From an uncultured Rhodobiaceae bacterium (GTDB lineage Bacteria; Pseudomonadota; Alphaproteobacteria; Rhizobiales; TMED25), in contig CAJWPC010000003.1 in assembly GCA_913045225.1 (NCBI GenBank), positions 30,705 through 94,704 of the forward strand: DNA of 64,000 nucleotides, read 5' to 3'. Under the pieces are notes generated by a model, which worked only from the letters and a program-made list of their open reading frames with translations, made no database searches and was not told the DNA's origin. Each line of letters opens with the position of its first letter. Within the stretch, counting starts at the first letter, position 1. Below, piece by piece: positions 50,533 to 60,299 of the stretch. The position numbers and the translations under genes were made by a program.

Positions 50533-52077
50533 CTATCGCATATATCTAAAAAAGGACTTTAATTCAATAATTTTGAGTAATTGGCAAATTATTCCATAAA
50601 AAATTATTCCAATGATAATGTAGCATAAAAGTATTAAAAAATTGACAATATACCCTTCTGAAAATTGTAAAATTGATGAACTTTTTTCAATTAAAAACAG
50701 GATAAGTATCATGATTGTAGAAGCTATGATAATTTTTATTATACGATTTAATAATCTTGTATTAAAAATGAAGTATTTTTTTGCAGCAGATTCTCGGTAA
50801 AGTAAAATGAGATTTATCCATGAGGAAATAGTTGTGGCGATTGCAATTCCCAAATAACCTAAATATTGGAATAGTGCTAACGAGATAAATATATTTGTGA
50901 GGACAGTAAAGCCCGCGAAGATCATTGGAGACCTTGTATTTTCTCTTGAAAAAAACATCACTTGAAAAATTTTAACACAAACAAAGGCGGGTAATCCCAT
51001 GGCAAAAACAATTAGCGCACGTGAGGTTGCAATTGTATCTGTATTTGTAAAGAAAGCGCGCTCAAATAAAACCATTATAATTTCTTGAGATAAAAAAATA
51101 AGTCCAAACGCAGCTGGAGTTGCAAGAAGGAGTGATATTTCAAGTGATTTTTCTTGAATGAGATCAATATTTTTTGAATTTTTTTGTGCAATTTCTTTTG
51201 ATAGCTCTGGAAGAAGTATAATCCCCATTGAGATACCAATCATAGCTAGTGGGAGCTGGTATATCCTATCTGCGTAATACAAATAAGACACAGCTTTGTC
51301 TTCAAATGATGCTATAATACTTCCAATGAGGATATTTATTTGAATAATTCCACCAGCCCCAATCGCAGGGAAGCTTAAAATCATAAATTTCTTTATACTA
51401 TTGGAAATTTTTGGAAGTTTTATTTTTGGAAAGAAATCATGTTTTTTACATCCATAAACACACAGAGCTAACTGTAAAACACCTGAGATTAAGAAACTTA
51501 CCATTAATAAAAGAGCTGCGGCCCGAGTATTTTGTATTTCCATTGTCTGCACATGGAATAAAGCAATTATCATTGAAATATTTACGAATATTGGCATTGA
51601 TGCTGCGAGCAGGTACTTCCCTAGTGAATTCAGGACCCCGCAGAGGAGTGTCACAAGAGATATAAAAAAAAGATATGGGAAGGAAATACGAGCTAAATCA
51701 ACAACTAAATCTATTTTTTTTGGATCTTGTAAAAATCCGGGAGCTAGTATAAATACCAAAGCAGGCATTAGTATTTCAAATATACTTACAATTAGCAGTA
51801 AGGACCAGAATAAGAAGTTAAAAATCTCACTAAAAAAAATATTTGCTTCGTTTTTATTGGATAGTTTTTTAGAAAACATTGGTATAAAGGACATATTTAG
51901 TGCGCCTTCCGCCATAATTCTTCTAAAAATATTTGGAAACTTTAGAGCGATAAAAAAGGCATCAGCAATACTTCCCGCACCAAATGTTGCTGCAATTAGT
52001 ATATCCCTGATAAATCCGAGTAATCTGCTTATGAGCGTCATACCGGAAACTCGGAATAATGGTTTGATTAAATTCAT
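50533..52077 (-). CDS. murJ: Lipid II flippase MurJ (MviN)
   Basis: 514 aa polytopic membrane protein. N-terminal [25 protein letters not shown] is the MurJ signature. Confidence 0.92.
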   Translation of the reverse strand: MNLIKPLFRVSGMTLISRLLGFIRDILIAATFGAGSIADAFFIALKFPNIFRRIMAEGALNMSFIPMFSKKLSNKNEANIFFSEIFNFLFWSLLLIVSIFEILMPALVFILAPGFLQDPKKIDLVVDLARISFPYLFFISLVTLLCGVLNSLGKYLLAASMPIFVNISMIIALFHVQTMEIQNTRAAALLLMVSFLISGVLQLALCVYGCKKHDFFPKIKLPKISNSIKKFMILSFPAIGAGGIIQINILIGSIIASFEDKAVSYLYYADRIYQLPLAMIGISMGIILLPELSKEIAQKNSKNIDLIQEKSLEISLLLATPAAFGLIFLSQEIIMVLFERAFFTNTDTIATSRALIVFAMGLPAFVCVKIFQVMFFSRENTRSPMIFAGFTVLTNIFISLALFQYLGYLGIAIATTISSWINLILLYRESAAKKYFIFNTRLLNRIIKIIIASTIMILILFLIEKSSSILQFSEGYIVNFLILLCYIIIGIIFYGIICQLLKIIELKSFFRYMR

Positions 52078-52086
52078 AAAATTAGG

Positions 52087-54837
52087 TTACGTATTTTCTT
52101 CCATTGAAGATAACAACATACTTTTTATTAATAAAAGCTTTTCAGGCGTATAAATTTTTTCTCCAAAAAGATTTGTTATGTAAAAGATATCATTTGCTTT
52201 TTCTCCAAATGTAACAATGTGTGCCGATTTAATATTGATGTTTGTTTCTTTCAATGTGTTGGCAATTTGATAAAGTAATCCGGGTCTATCCCTTCCTTCA
52301 ATTTCAATAACAGTTGAGTTATTTGAAAATTCATTTGTTATATTAACTTCATTTCTGACTTTAAATGTTTTTTCATAGCGAATTTTTGTAAATTTCTTTG
52401 ATATCTCTCTATCTAGTGATAACTCACCGCTTAGGCTTTTTTTTATGCAATCTGAAATTCTTATGATTCTTCTTTCTTCATCTTGATCTTGGAAATCTCG
52501 ACTGACAGATATGGTATCAATAGCTATTCCATCAATTGTAGTTTCTATCTGGGCATCAATTATGTTCGCATCATATAGTGAGCACGCGCCTGCTAATGTT
52601 TCTAATAGATTAGGATAGTCAGGTCCAATAAGTGTGATCGTTGTTGTATTATTATTGGTATTTTTTTTACTGTAAATCTCTAGAGATATATTTTTTGAGT
52701 CTTTATCTTTTAAGATCTTCGCATGCTCGATTTGTTGTTCAATCGATGTTGTAAGCCAGTAGTTATTGCTAAATCTATGAACGTATGAATTTATAAGTAG
52801 TTTTGGCCAGTCAGATAACTTTTCTTTAAATTTATCTTGAGCTTTGATGCAGTTATTTTCATTTTCAATAGATTTATTTTTATCTCCACTTAAATAATTT
52901 GATGTCTCATTATAGAGGGTCCTGAGGAGACCACTCTTCCAGGCATTCCAAATACTTGGACCAACTGACATTATATCTGCAACGGTTAATGCCAAAAGGT
53001 AATCTAAATTTTTCTGATTTTTTACGATGCTAGCAAAATCTACTATTGTTTTTGGGTCATATAAATCTCTTTTTTGTGCTACATCACTCATAACCAAATG
53101 ATTTTTCACGAGCCATGCTGTCTGAGATACCTCATTTTTTTTCATTCCGATTCTATTACATAATTTTTCTGTTATTTGAGATCCTAGAATACTATGATCT
53201 TGCTTCCTTCCCTTACCAATATCATGGAGAAAAGCGGAGAGAAGCAGGACTTTTTTGTTATCAAGTTTAGCGTTAAAATTAGAGGTAAATGGATGAGGTT
53301 GACTCAGGGTATTATTAATTATTTTACTCATGAAGCCAACAGTTTTTAGAAGGTGTTCGTCTACAGTATAATTGTGGTAGAGGTTAAAAAGAGACATTCC
53401 TTCAACTCTAGCGAAATCAGGCAAAAATTTTGCAAGAACCCCAGCATCGTTCATGTTTCTCAGTATCGTCTCAGGTTCTCTCGAATTTGAAAATAGGTCT
53501 AAAAAAATTTTATTTGCGGGCTTACTATTTCGTAAATCATTATCAATAATCTTGAGTGAACGATTAATGGATTGAATTATCTCTGGGCTGAGTAATACAT
53601 TATCGTGGTCGGCTATGATGAAGAGTCTGATCAAATCTAATTTATTCTTATTGAAGCTAAAATTATCTTTTGTATGGAGCCTGCCTTTCTTTATATAAAA
53701 ATTTGTCTCTGTCTTGTCTTTTTTTCGAAAAGACAAAAGATTGTCCAGAACTTCATAAACGGCTGGATCTTTTTTTATAGATTTTTCCTCAAGAGAAGCA
53801 CAAACTATTCTTGTTAAATTTCCTACTTCCTTTGCGGTCATAAAATAATGCTTCATGAAACGTTCCACATCCTTTTGACCAGGTCTCTTGGCGTATCCCA
53901 ACCTTGATGCAAGTTCGAGTTGTTTATCAAAGGTCAGAACTTCGTTATCTCTATTTGAGATAAAATGTAAGTGACATCTTACAACCCAAAGAAAGTCTTC
54001 TGCTTTTTTGAAGCTATTTAATTCTGATGAGGTGAGAAATTGATCATTTTTTGTTAAATCATCGAGAGCCTGGGTTCTAAAAAGATATTTACCAATCCAA
54101 AAGAGTGTATGCAAGTCTCTCAGCCCTCCTTTACTTTCTTTTACATTGGGCTCAACAAGGAAGCGCGATGCGCCATATGTACTATGTCTTTTATCTCTCT
54201 CATCTAACTTCATCTCAATAAATTCATCAGCTGTCTTGGCAACAATTTCGGTGTTAAACCTTTTAACTAATTTTTCATATAAATCCTTGTACCCATGCAC
54301 GTACCTTGCTTCTAAAATTGATGTTCTTATGGTGAGGTCAGATTTTGAGAGCTCAAGACATTGATCTAAATTTCTTGTTGCATGACCAACCTTAAAGCCA
54401 AGGTCCCAAAGGATATATAGCATGTATTCAATAACGGATTCTGTCCAGCTATTAAGTTTATTCGAGTGCAGGAAGAGCAGATCAATATCTGAAAAAGGAG
54501 CAAGCGTTCCTCTACCATAGCCACCAACAGCGACCAGGCATATTCTATCAATATCCTTTTGGTCCTCTGGTAAATATACATTTTGGGTTATAAATTCATA
54601 AATTATTTTTATGAGCTTATCTTGGAACTCTGATATACTTCGCGCTGTTCGAATACCATTCCCATGGCTCATTAGTGAGCTTTCAGCTTTTTTTCTCGCT
54701 GATTCTATTGTATCGGATAATAGGGCAACAAAACCCTCACGGTTCTTTGAGACATTACCTTTATTTTTTGATAAAATCTTGCTGATAAATAAAGCAAGTG
54801 ACTTTGGATTTATTAATATATCTATGTCTTTGTCCAT
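52087..54837 (-). CDS. glnD: Bifunctional [protein-PII] uridylyltransferase / uridylyl-removing enzyme
   Basis: 916 aa. Nucleotidyltransferase motif VAVGGYGRGTLAPFSDIDLLFL, HD domain FLHDIGKG, two C-terminal ACT-like domains. Confidence 0.93.
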   Translation of the reverse strand: MDKDIDILINPKSLALFISKILSKNKGNVSKNREGFVALLSDTIESARKKAESSLMSHGNGIRTARSISEFQDKLIKIIYEFITQNVYLPEDQKDIDRICLVAVGGYGRGTLAPFSDIDLLFLHSNKLNSWTESVIEYMLYILWDLGFKVGHATRNLDQCLELSKSDLTIRTSILEARYVHGYKDLYEKLVKRFNTEIVAKTADEFIEMKLDERDKRHSTYGASRFLVEPNVKESKGGLRDLHTLFWIGKYLFRTQALDDLTKNDQFLTSSELNSFKKAEDFLWVVRCHLHFISNRDNEVLTFDKQLELASRLGYAKRPGQKDVERFMKHYFMTAKEVGNLTRIVCASLEEKSIKKDPAVYEVLDNLLSFRKKDKTETNFYIKKGRLHTKDNFSFNKNKLDLIRLFIIADHDNVLLSPEIIQSINRSLKIIDNDLRNSKPANKIFLDLFSNSREPETILRNMNDAGVLAKFLPDFARVEGMSLFNLYHNYTVDEHLLKTVGFMSKIINNTLSQPHPFTSNFNAKLDNKKVLLLSAFLHDIGKGRKQDHSILGSQITEKLCNRIGMKKNEVSQTAWLVKNHLVMSDVAQKRDLYDPKTIVDFASIVKNQKNLDYLLALTVADIMSVGPSIWNAWKSGLLRTLYNETSNYLSGDKNKSIENENNCIKAQDKFKEKLSDWPKLLINSYVHRFSNNYWLTTSIEQQIEHAKILKDKDSKNISLEIYSKKNTNNNTTTITLIGPDYPNLLETLAGACSLYDANIIDAQIETTIDGIAIDTISVSRDFQDQDEERRIIRISDCIKKSLSGELSLDREISKKFTKIRYEKTFKVRNEVNITNEFSNNSTVIEIEGRDRPGLLYQIANTLKETNINIKSAHIVTFGEKANDIFYITNLFGEKIYTPEKLLLIKSMLLSSMEENT

Positions 54838-54967
54838 ATTCGATTACTTATAGTTGTTTAAAAACATATATCTCTAGATAACGCTCTAACATCCGAGCGC
54901 TTAATAATCATACCTTGGTGTAGCTTATCATTGTCTAATTTCATCTGATGTGATGGACCTCATGTTT

Positions 54968-55843
54968 TCATATAGTGAATTTATCTACAAATCTTTTCTC
55001 AATCAGCTCACGAGGCATCACAATAAAAACATCGATTGTGCCAAACTGCTTATCAATTACCGCCCCATCTCCAACGTAAGCCCCTAACCTCAAATAACCC
55101 TTTATCAGCGGAGGCATAATTTTTAAAGCTTCTTTCTTATCAATCTCTTCTTTTTTCATCATATTCATATTTACGTATCTATTTTTTTTTGCACTAACAC
55201 GCCATTCCTCAGGCGCTAATGCGTAATGATGAAGGAAGCTTAATGCCATATCAATTTGCTCAGGTTTTGTCGCTTGAAAGCTTGCGCAACCGATCATAAC
55301 ATCAAAATTATTCTCCAATATGTATTTCCAAACACCCTGCCAAAGTAGCTCAATCGTTGATTTTTTACGATATGAACTTAGTACACATGAGCGCCCAAGC
55401 TCCAGAAATTTTCTTTGTTTATGCTTTTCAATAAGCGGTTTTATATCGTACTCATCTTGGCTGTAAAATCCTTTATTAGACTCTGCATCTCTCTGAGGGA
55501 GTAGTCTGTAAGTACCCACAACATTTTCTTTCTTTTTTCCTATTAATAATATGCCTCTCTTTTTGTTTGATTTATCAATAACAAGCATGTGTTGGCAAAT
55601 TTTATCATAGGTATCTCTATCTCTTCGTGTAAATCTTGTTAGTATGCTGGGGTGCGCGGATAACTCTTTGTAGAATACTTTAAATCTTAATTGTTGAGCT
55701 GCTTTTATCTCATTTTTTGTTTTTGCCAATCTCGCGTCCAAATCTATATGCTGTGGCTCTTTGGTTATTCTCTTTCGAAGACTTAAAATTTTATTTTTAT
55801 TATGGGAATTATATTCTTTAATTTTTTGAGTTATCTTCGACAT
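54968..55843 (-). CDS. OlsB-like GNAT N-acyltransferase (aminolipid / ornithine-lipid N-acyltransferase family; hemolysin-like)
   Basis: 291 aa. AQQLRFKVFYKEL, LELGRSCVLSSYR and PPLIKGYLRLGAYVGDGAVIDKQFGTIDVFIVM match the OlsB/Acetyltransf_5 pattern. Confidence 0.72.
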   Translation of the reverse strand: MSKITQKIKEYNSHNKNKILSLRKRITKEPQHIDLDARLAKTKNEIKAAQQLRFKVFYKELSAHPSILTRFTRRDRDTYDKICQHMLVIDKSNKKRGILLIGKKKENVVGTYRLLPQRDAESNKGFYSQDEYDIKPLIEKHKQRKFLELGRSCVLSSYRKKSTIELLWQGVWKYILENNFDVMIGCASFQATKPEQIDMALSFLHHYALAPEEWRVSAKKNRYVNMNMMKKEEIDKKEALKIMPPLIKGYLRLGAYVGDGAVIDKQFGTIDVFIVMPRELIEKRFVDKFTI

Positions 55844-55869
55844 ATGAGTGGGTATAAAATTATATTATT

Positions 55870-56808
55870 CTAATTATTTATTTTTTTTTCAGCCTGATCC
55901 CAAAATATTTTTGCAACATCAATGCCGCTCAGTTGGAGAATTTCTCTAATTCCAGTTGGAGAAGTGACATTAATCTCAGTTATAAGATTATCAATTATGT
56001 CTATTCCGGCAAAAAATAAGCCAAAGTCTTTTAAGTCTTGCGAGATGGCATTGCATATTTTAGCATCTCCCTCTGTTATTTCAGTTTTAGCAGGTAGCCC
56101 CCCAACATGCATATTTGATCTAATTTCCCCATCTTGTGGTAGCCGATTTATCGCCCCTACAATTTCCCCATCAATGAGAATTATTCTCTTATCACCCTCT
56201 TTGACTTTTGGAATGAACTGTTGAATTATAAAAGGCTCATTATTCAATCCCATAAAATTTTCAATTATTGATCCGAAGTTTCTATCAGTATCATCAGAAT
56301 AAAAAACATTGGCCCCGCCATTACCATATAGTGGTTTTATTATTATTTTTTTATATTCATCTCGAAATTTTATTATTTCACTAATGTTTCGGGTGATCAG
56401 TGTGTGTGGCATAAATTCCATATATTTATTTACAAAAATCTTTTCAGGACAGTTTCGTACATAAAATGGATTATTCAAAATTAGAGTTTTGTCCTGAATT
56501 GTTTCTAATAGATGGGTAGCGGTTATGTAACTCATATCAAAAGGTGGATCTTGCCTCATCAGCACAATGTCGTATTCATCAAGCAACACAGATCTCGGAT
56601 GGTTTAATTCCTCTATTCTATCAGGGCTATGGTAAGCTTTTATTTGCTGTGCTTTCGTAGATAATATTCCATCATTTAGAGTCAGCATATCTGGGGTGTA
56701 TATATCTATATCGTAACCCCTTTCCTGTGCTTCCAAAAGAAGGGCGAAAGTGCTATCACCAGCCAGATTTAGTCTCTCTATTGGGTCCATTTGTACTATG
56801 ATTTTCAT
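55870..56808 (-). CDS. gshB: Glutathione synthetase
   Basis: 312 aa. N-terminal MDPIE..N...DSTFALLLEAQ.RG and ATP-grasp IIKPLYGNGG. Confidence 0.94.
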   Translation of the reverse strand: MKIIVQMDPIERLNLAGDSTFALLLEAQERGYDIDIYTPDMLTLNDGILSTKAQQIKAYHSPDRIEELNHPRSVLLDEYDIVLMRQDPPFDMSYITATHLLETIQDKTLILNNPFYVRNCPEKIFVNKYMEFMPHTLITRNISEIIKFRDEYKKIIIKPLYGNGGANVFYSDDTDRNFGSIIENFMGLNNEPFIIQQFIPKVKEGDKRIILIDGEIVGAINRLPQDGEIRSNMHVGGLPAKTEITEGDAKICNAISQDLKDFGLFFAGIDIIDNLITEINVTSPTGIREILQLSGIDVAKIFWDQAEKKINN

Positions 56809-56851
56809 ATTGTGTTGTTATATGTTTATTTTTTTTTAAAAATCAAAAATA

Positions 56852-57691
56852 TTATTTAGTTTTTTTTGATTTGAGACATAGATCATACACCATTTTTTTT
56901 GGAAGGTTATATTTCACATGAATCATATTTGTAATTTGTTTCACAGGCAAATCATTTATTAGTTTTTTTATGTCATTTTCTACTTCAATAAAATCAACAT
57001 TATTTGTAATTAATTCTGAGGTATTAAAAAGTATGACCATTTCCCCTTTTATGGGTTTTTCATTTATTTCGGAGAGAATATTACTAATTTTATTTGTAAT
57101 AACCTCCTCAAATAACTTCGTCATTTCCCGAGTTATTACAATCTCAATATCACCAAAATAATTTTGTATCTCATTCAAAGTTTTGTGGATTTTTTTCGCG
57201 CTCTCGAAGATGACAACTGTTGCATCTAGTTTTTTTATTTTCTGGAGCTCATGCTTCCTTTTTGATGCAGTACTTGGAAGAAATCCTAAAAAATAGATCT
57301 TATCTGTTGGTAATCCTGATATGATTACTGATGAAGTCAATGCAGATGGTCCCGGTATTGTGTATATTGGTATTTTTTTTTGCCTGCATAATTTAACTAA
57401 TTTATATCCTGGGTCTGATATGAGGGGTGTTCCTGCATCAGAAATTAATGCTACCGACTCACCATCCATCAGTTTACTCAGAATTTCATTGCGGGATAAT
57501 TCGCTGCTAAAATCATTGTATATGAATAGCTGTTTATTGATTTGATAATAGTTGAGAAGTTTCTTTGATACACGAGTATCTTCACAATAAATCATGTCAA
57601 CGGAGTTTAAAATTCTTACAGCACGATACGATGTATCTTCAAGGTTTCCAATTGGTGTTGAAACTAGATATAGTCCTTGGGTAATTTCCAT
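56852..57691 (-). CDS. rsmI: 16S rRNA (cytidine1402-2'-O)-methyltransferase
   Basis: LYLVSTPIGNLEDTSYRAVRIL..VD.IYCEDTR is the RsmI N-terminal signature. Confidence 0.92.
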   Translation of the reverse strand: MEITQGLYLVSTPIGNLEDTSYRAVRILNSVDMIYCEDTRVSKKLLNYYQINKQLFIYNDFSSELSRNEILSKLMDGESVALISDAGTPLISDPGYKLVKLCRQKKIPIYTIPGPSALTSSVIISGLPTDKIYFLGFLPSTASKRKHELQKIKKLDATVVIFESAKKIHKTLNEIQNYFGDIEIVITREMTKLFEEVITNKISNILSEINEKPIKGEMVILFNTSELITNNVDFIEVENDIKKLINDLPVKQITNMIHVKYNLPKKMVYDLCLKSKKTK

Positions 57692-57712
57692 TTTTCACTA
57701 TTTCCATTATTT

Positions 57713-58861
57713 TTAGTCCGCTAAACTTGATATTATGCTATCGCAAACAAGGGATCCTTTTCTCGTTACTTTTATATTTTCTTCCGTTTCATCTTTCTTC
57801 AAATATCCATTTGATATCAGTAATTTTATATTATCCATATTCAATTTACCACCTAACTTTTCGTACTTATTGATGTTCAAACCATCCCTTGTTCGCATCG
57901 ACATTACAATATATTCGTCTTGGTTCTGTTCATCTGTTAGAACACTGTTTTCGATCATAGAATGTCCATAATTTCTTATCCTCTGACCCCAATTATATGG
58001 ATCATATTCGTTAATTATAGACCTTCTTTTTTTATTTTTCCCTTTCACTCGTGAGTGTGCACCTGGACCAATGCCTATCCATTCGCCGCAATTCCAATAA
58101 TTTAAATTGTGCTTGCACTCGAATCCTCTTTTTGAAAAATTTGATATTTCATATTTTTTCAGAGAGAATTTGTGACAAATCTCTTCAGTAATTTGATATA
58201 GCTCATTCGAGAGTGACTCATTCGGTAAATTAATTTTTCCAGATTTATATAACTTCTCATATATAGTATTCGGTTCAATTGTTAGCTGGTATAGAGACAA
58301 GTGCTGTGTTTGTAGAGAGAGGGCTCTCTCCAATTCCAATTTCCATGCCTTTTCATTCTGACCAGGTCGCGCGTAGATTAAGTCTATAGAAACTGACTCA
58401 AAGTATTTTTGTGCGATACCAATTGCCTCAATTGCCAGCTCAGCTGTATGAGTTCTGCCAAGATTTTTTAAATCATCGTTATCTAATGATTGAACACCAA
58501 TCGATATTCTATTTACGCCGATATTTGAGTAATCTCTGAATTTCTGTAACTCCACACTAGTAGGATTAGCTTCCATCGTGATTTCAGTATCATTCTCAAT
58601 ATTGCATCGGCTAAATAGGTGAGCTAAAATTCTCTCAATAATACTAGGATCCATTAAGGATGGTGTTCCTCCTCCAAAAAAAATAGATGAAATTTTTTTG
58701 TTATCTATGTATTTACTATGATAATCTATTTCTTTTTCTATAAGCTCTAGGAACTCTTCTTGATCAATTTTTTTATCTGCTACATGACTGTTGAAATCAC
58801 AATATGGACACTTAGACAGACAATAGGGCCAATGGATATAAATACTTAATTCGGACATCAT
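57713..58861 (-). CDS. hemW: Radical SAM heme chaperone HemW (HemN-like, coproporphyrinogen III oxidase family)
   Basis: YIHWPYCLSKCPYCDFNS (CxxxCxxC), GGGTPS, and a C-terminal HemN_C-like region. Confidence 0.92.
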   Translation of the reverse strand: MMSELSIYIHWPYCLSKCPYCDFNSHVADKKIDQEEFLELIEKEIDYHSKYIDNKKISSIFFGGGTPSLMDPSIIERILAHLFSRCNIENDTEITMEANPTSVELQKFRDYSNIGVNRISIGVQSLDNDDLKNLGRTHTAELAIEAIGIAQKYFESVSIDLIYARPGQNEKAWKLELERALSLQTQHLSLYQLTIEPNTIYEKLYKSGKINLPNESLSNELYQITEEICHKFSLKKYEISNFSKRGFECKHNLNYWNCGEWIGIGPGAHSRVKGKNKKRRSIINEYDPYNWGQRIRNYGHSMIENSVLTDEQNQDEYIVMSMRTRDGLNINKYEKLGGKLNMDNIKLLISNGYLKKDETEENIKVTRKGSLVCDSIISSLAD

Positions 58862-59497
58862 TCATTTTTTTTCCTGAGATAAATAACTAACAAATTTTGC
58901 AAAAGCTTTTGCTCTATGAGATAATCCAATTTTTTTTGGTGTCCATGAGTGTTTCTCACCCGATGTTATTTCCCCAAATGTTTTGTTCATATTAAGTGGC
59001 TCGAATATTGCATCATAACCAAAACCATATTTACCACGCGGTGGCCAAACTACTCGTCCTTCAACTTTGCCCACGAAAAAAAAATATTCGCCATTTGGAT
59101 AAAAAAGACATAATGCACACACAAATCTTGCTGTTCTTTCTGCAATTGGTATTTTTTTTTCATCCAATAATCTTGTGACTTCACGCATTGCAAAGTCAAA
59201 GTCTCTATTTGGTCCTGCCCATCTTGCAGAGTATATACCCGGCTGTTTATCCAATGCATCAATTTCAATACCAGAGTCATCGGACAAAGAAATTAAATTG
59301 GACAAATTGGATGCAGATTTTGCTTTAATTAGCGCGTTCTCCTCAAATGTTTGACCATCTTCAACCGGCTCGGGCAGTTTTAATTCTTTAGATGATGATA
59401 TATCTATTTTTAATAATCCGAGAAGTTCACGAAATTCAGATATTTTGCCCTCATTATGACTAGCAATTAGTAGTTTATCTTGATGCAGGTCATACAT
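58862..59497 (-). CDS. rdgB: dITP/XTP pyrophosphatase (non-canonical purine NTP pyrophosphatase)
   Basis: LLIASHNEGKISEF, DDSGIEIDAL, GFGYDAIF and SHRAKA motifs. Abuts hemW with a 0-nt gap. Confidence 0.93.
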   Translation of the reverse strand: MYDLHQDKLLIASHNEGKISEFRELLGLLKIDISSSKELKLPEPVEDGQTFEENALIKAKSASNLSNLISLSDDSGIEIDALDKQPGIYSARWAGPNRDFDFAMREVTRLLDEKKIPIAERTARFVCALCLFYPNGEYFFFVGKVEGRVVWPPRGKYGFGYDAIFEPLNMNKTFGEITSGEKHSWTPKKIGLSHRAKAFAKFVSYLSQEKK

Positions 59498-59499
59498 TT

Positions 59500-60213
59500 T
59501 TATGTAATTGCCTTTTTTTGAGCTTCGAAAACTTTCTGGGAATTTATTCTGACCAAATCTAACATCTGATTCAAATCTTCAACTTTAAAAGTTTGCTCTT
59601 CACCAGTTGACTGAACTTCAATTAACTCAAAATCACTTGTGAATACAAAATTTGCATCTACTTCAGCTGCTGAGTCTTCTTCATAATCAAGATCAATGAG
59701 TACCTCTCCATTCAAAATACCGCAGGATATAGCCGCAATCTGTTTTTTTATTGGGCTACTATTTATCATCCCGTGCCTCATCATCTTTTCTACGCAAAAT
59801 TTTAGCGACAGCCAAGCGCCTGTTACAGATGCAGTTCTTGTACCTCCATCAGCTTCTATAACATCACAATCAATAATAATTTGTTTTTCAGGAATTCTCT
59901 CTAAATCCATGCAAGCCCTCAGGCTTCTACCAATGAGCCTTTGGATTTCTTGGGTGCGTCCTGTTTGCTTACCAGACTTTGACTCTCTCGGCATTCTCTG
60001 ATTTGTTGATCTTGGTAGCATACCATATTCAGCTGTGATCCAGCCTTTTCCTGAATTTTTTAGCCAAAATGGAACTCTGTTCTCAATTGAAGCTGTGCAT
60101 ATAACACGTGTCTTACCGATCTCAATCATACAGGAGCCGTCAGCATTTTCTATTACACCTGGCGTTATTTTTATTGGCCGAATTGCCGTTGATTCCCTCT
60201 TATTTGTTCTCAT
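59500..60213 (-). CDS. rph: Ribonuclease PH
   Basis: GKTRVICTAS, GR.QEIQRLIGRSLR and DCDVIEADGGTRTASVTGA. Confidence 0.95.
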   Translation of the reverse strand: MRTNKRESTAIRPIKITPGVIENADGSCMIEIGKTRVICTASIENRVPFWLKNSGKGWITAEYGMLPRSTNQRMPRESKSGKQTGRTQEIQRLIGRSLRACMDLERIPEKQIIIDCDVIEADGGTRTASVTGAWLSLKFCVEKMMRHGMINSSPIKKQIAAISCGILNGEVLIDLDYEEDSAAEVDANFVFTSDFELIEVQSTGEEQTFKVEDLNQMLDLVRINSQKVFEAQKKAIT

Positions 60214-60299
60214 GTATATCTCTTGATTTTATGTTATTTTTTTTACTAATATAAGGTATAAAAATGAAGAATTAAAATAGAAAAAGAATAATAAGGAAA

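Noticed and set aside
60214-60299. A CIRCE operator (TTAGCACTC-N9-GAGTGCTAA) or sigma-32 promoter upstream of hrcA-grpE. The dnaK and grpE upstream regions were also checked.
   Set aside because: No CIRCE-like inverted repeat is present in any of these spacers. The CTTG at 60222 is 20 nt from the nearest -10-like CTAATAT. CIRCE is expected upstream of groESL, which is not in this window.
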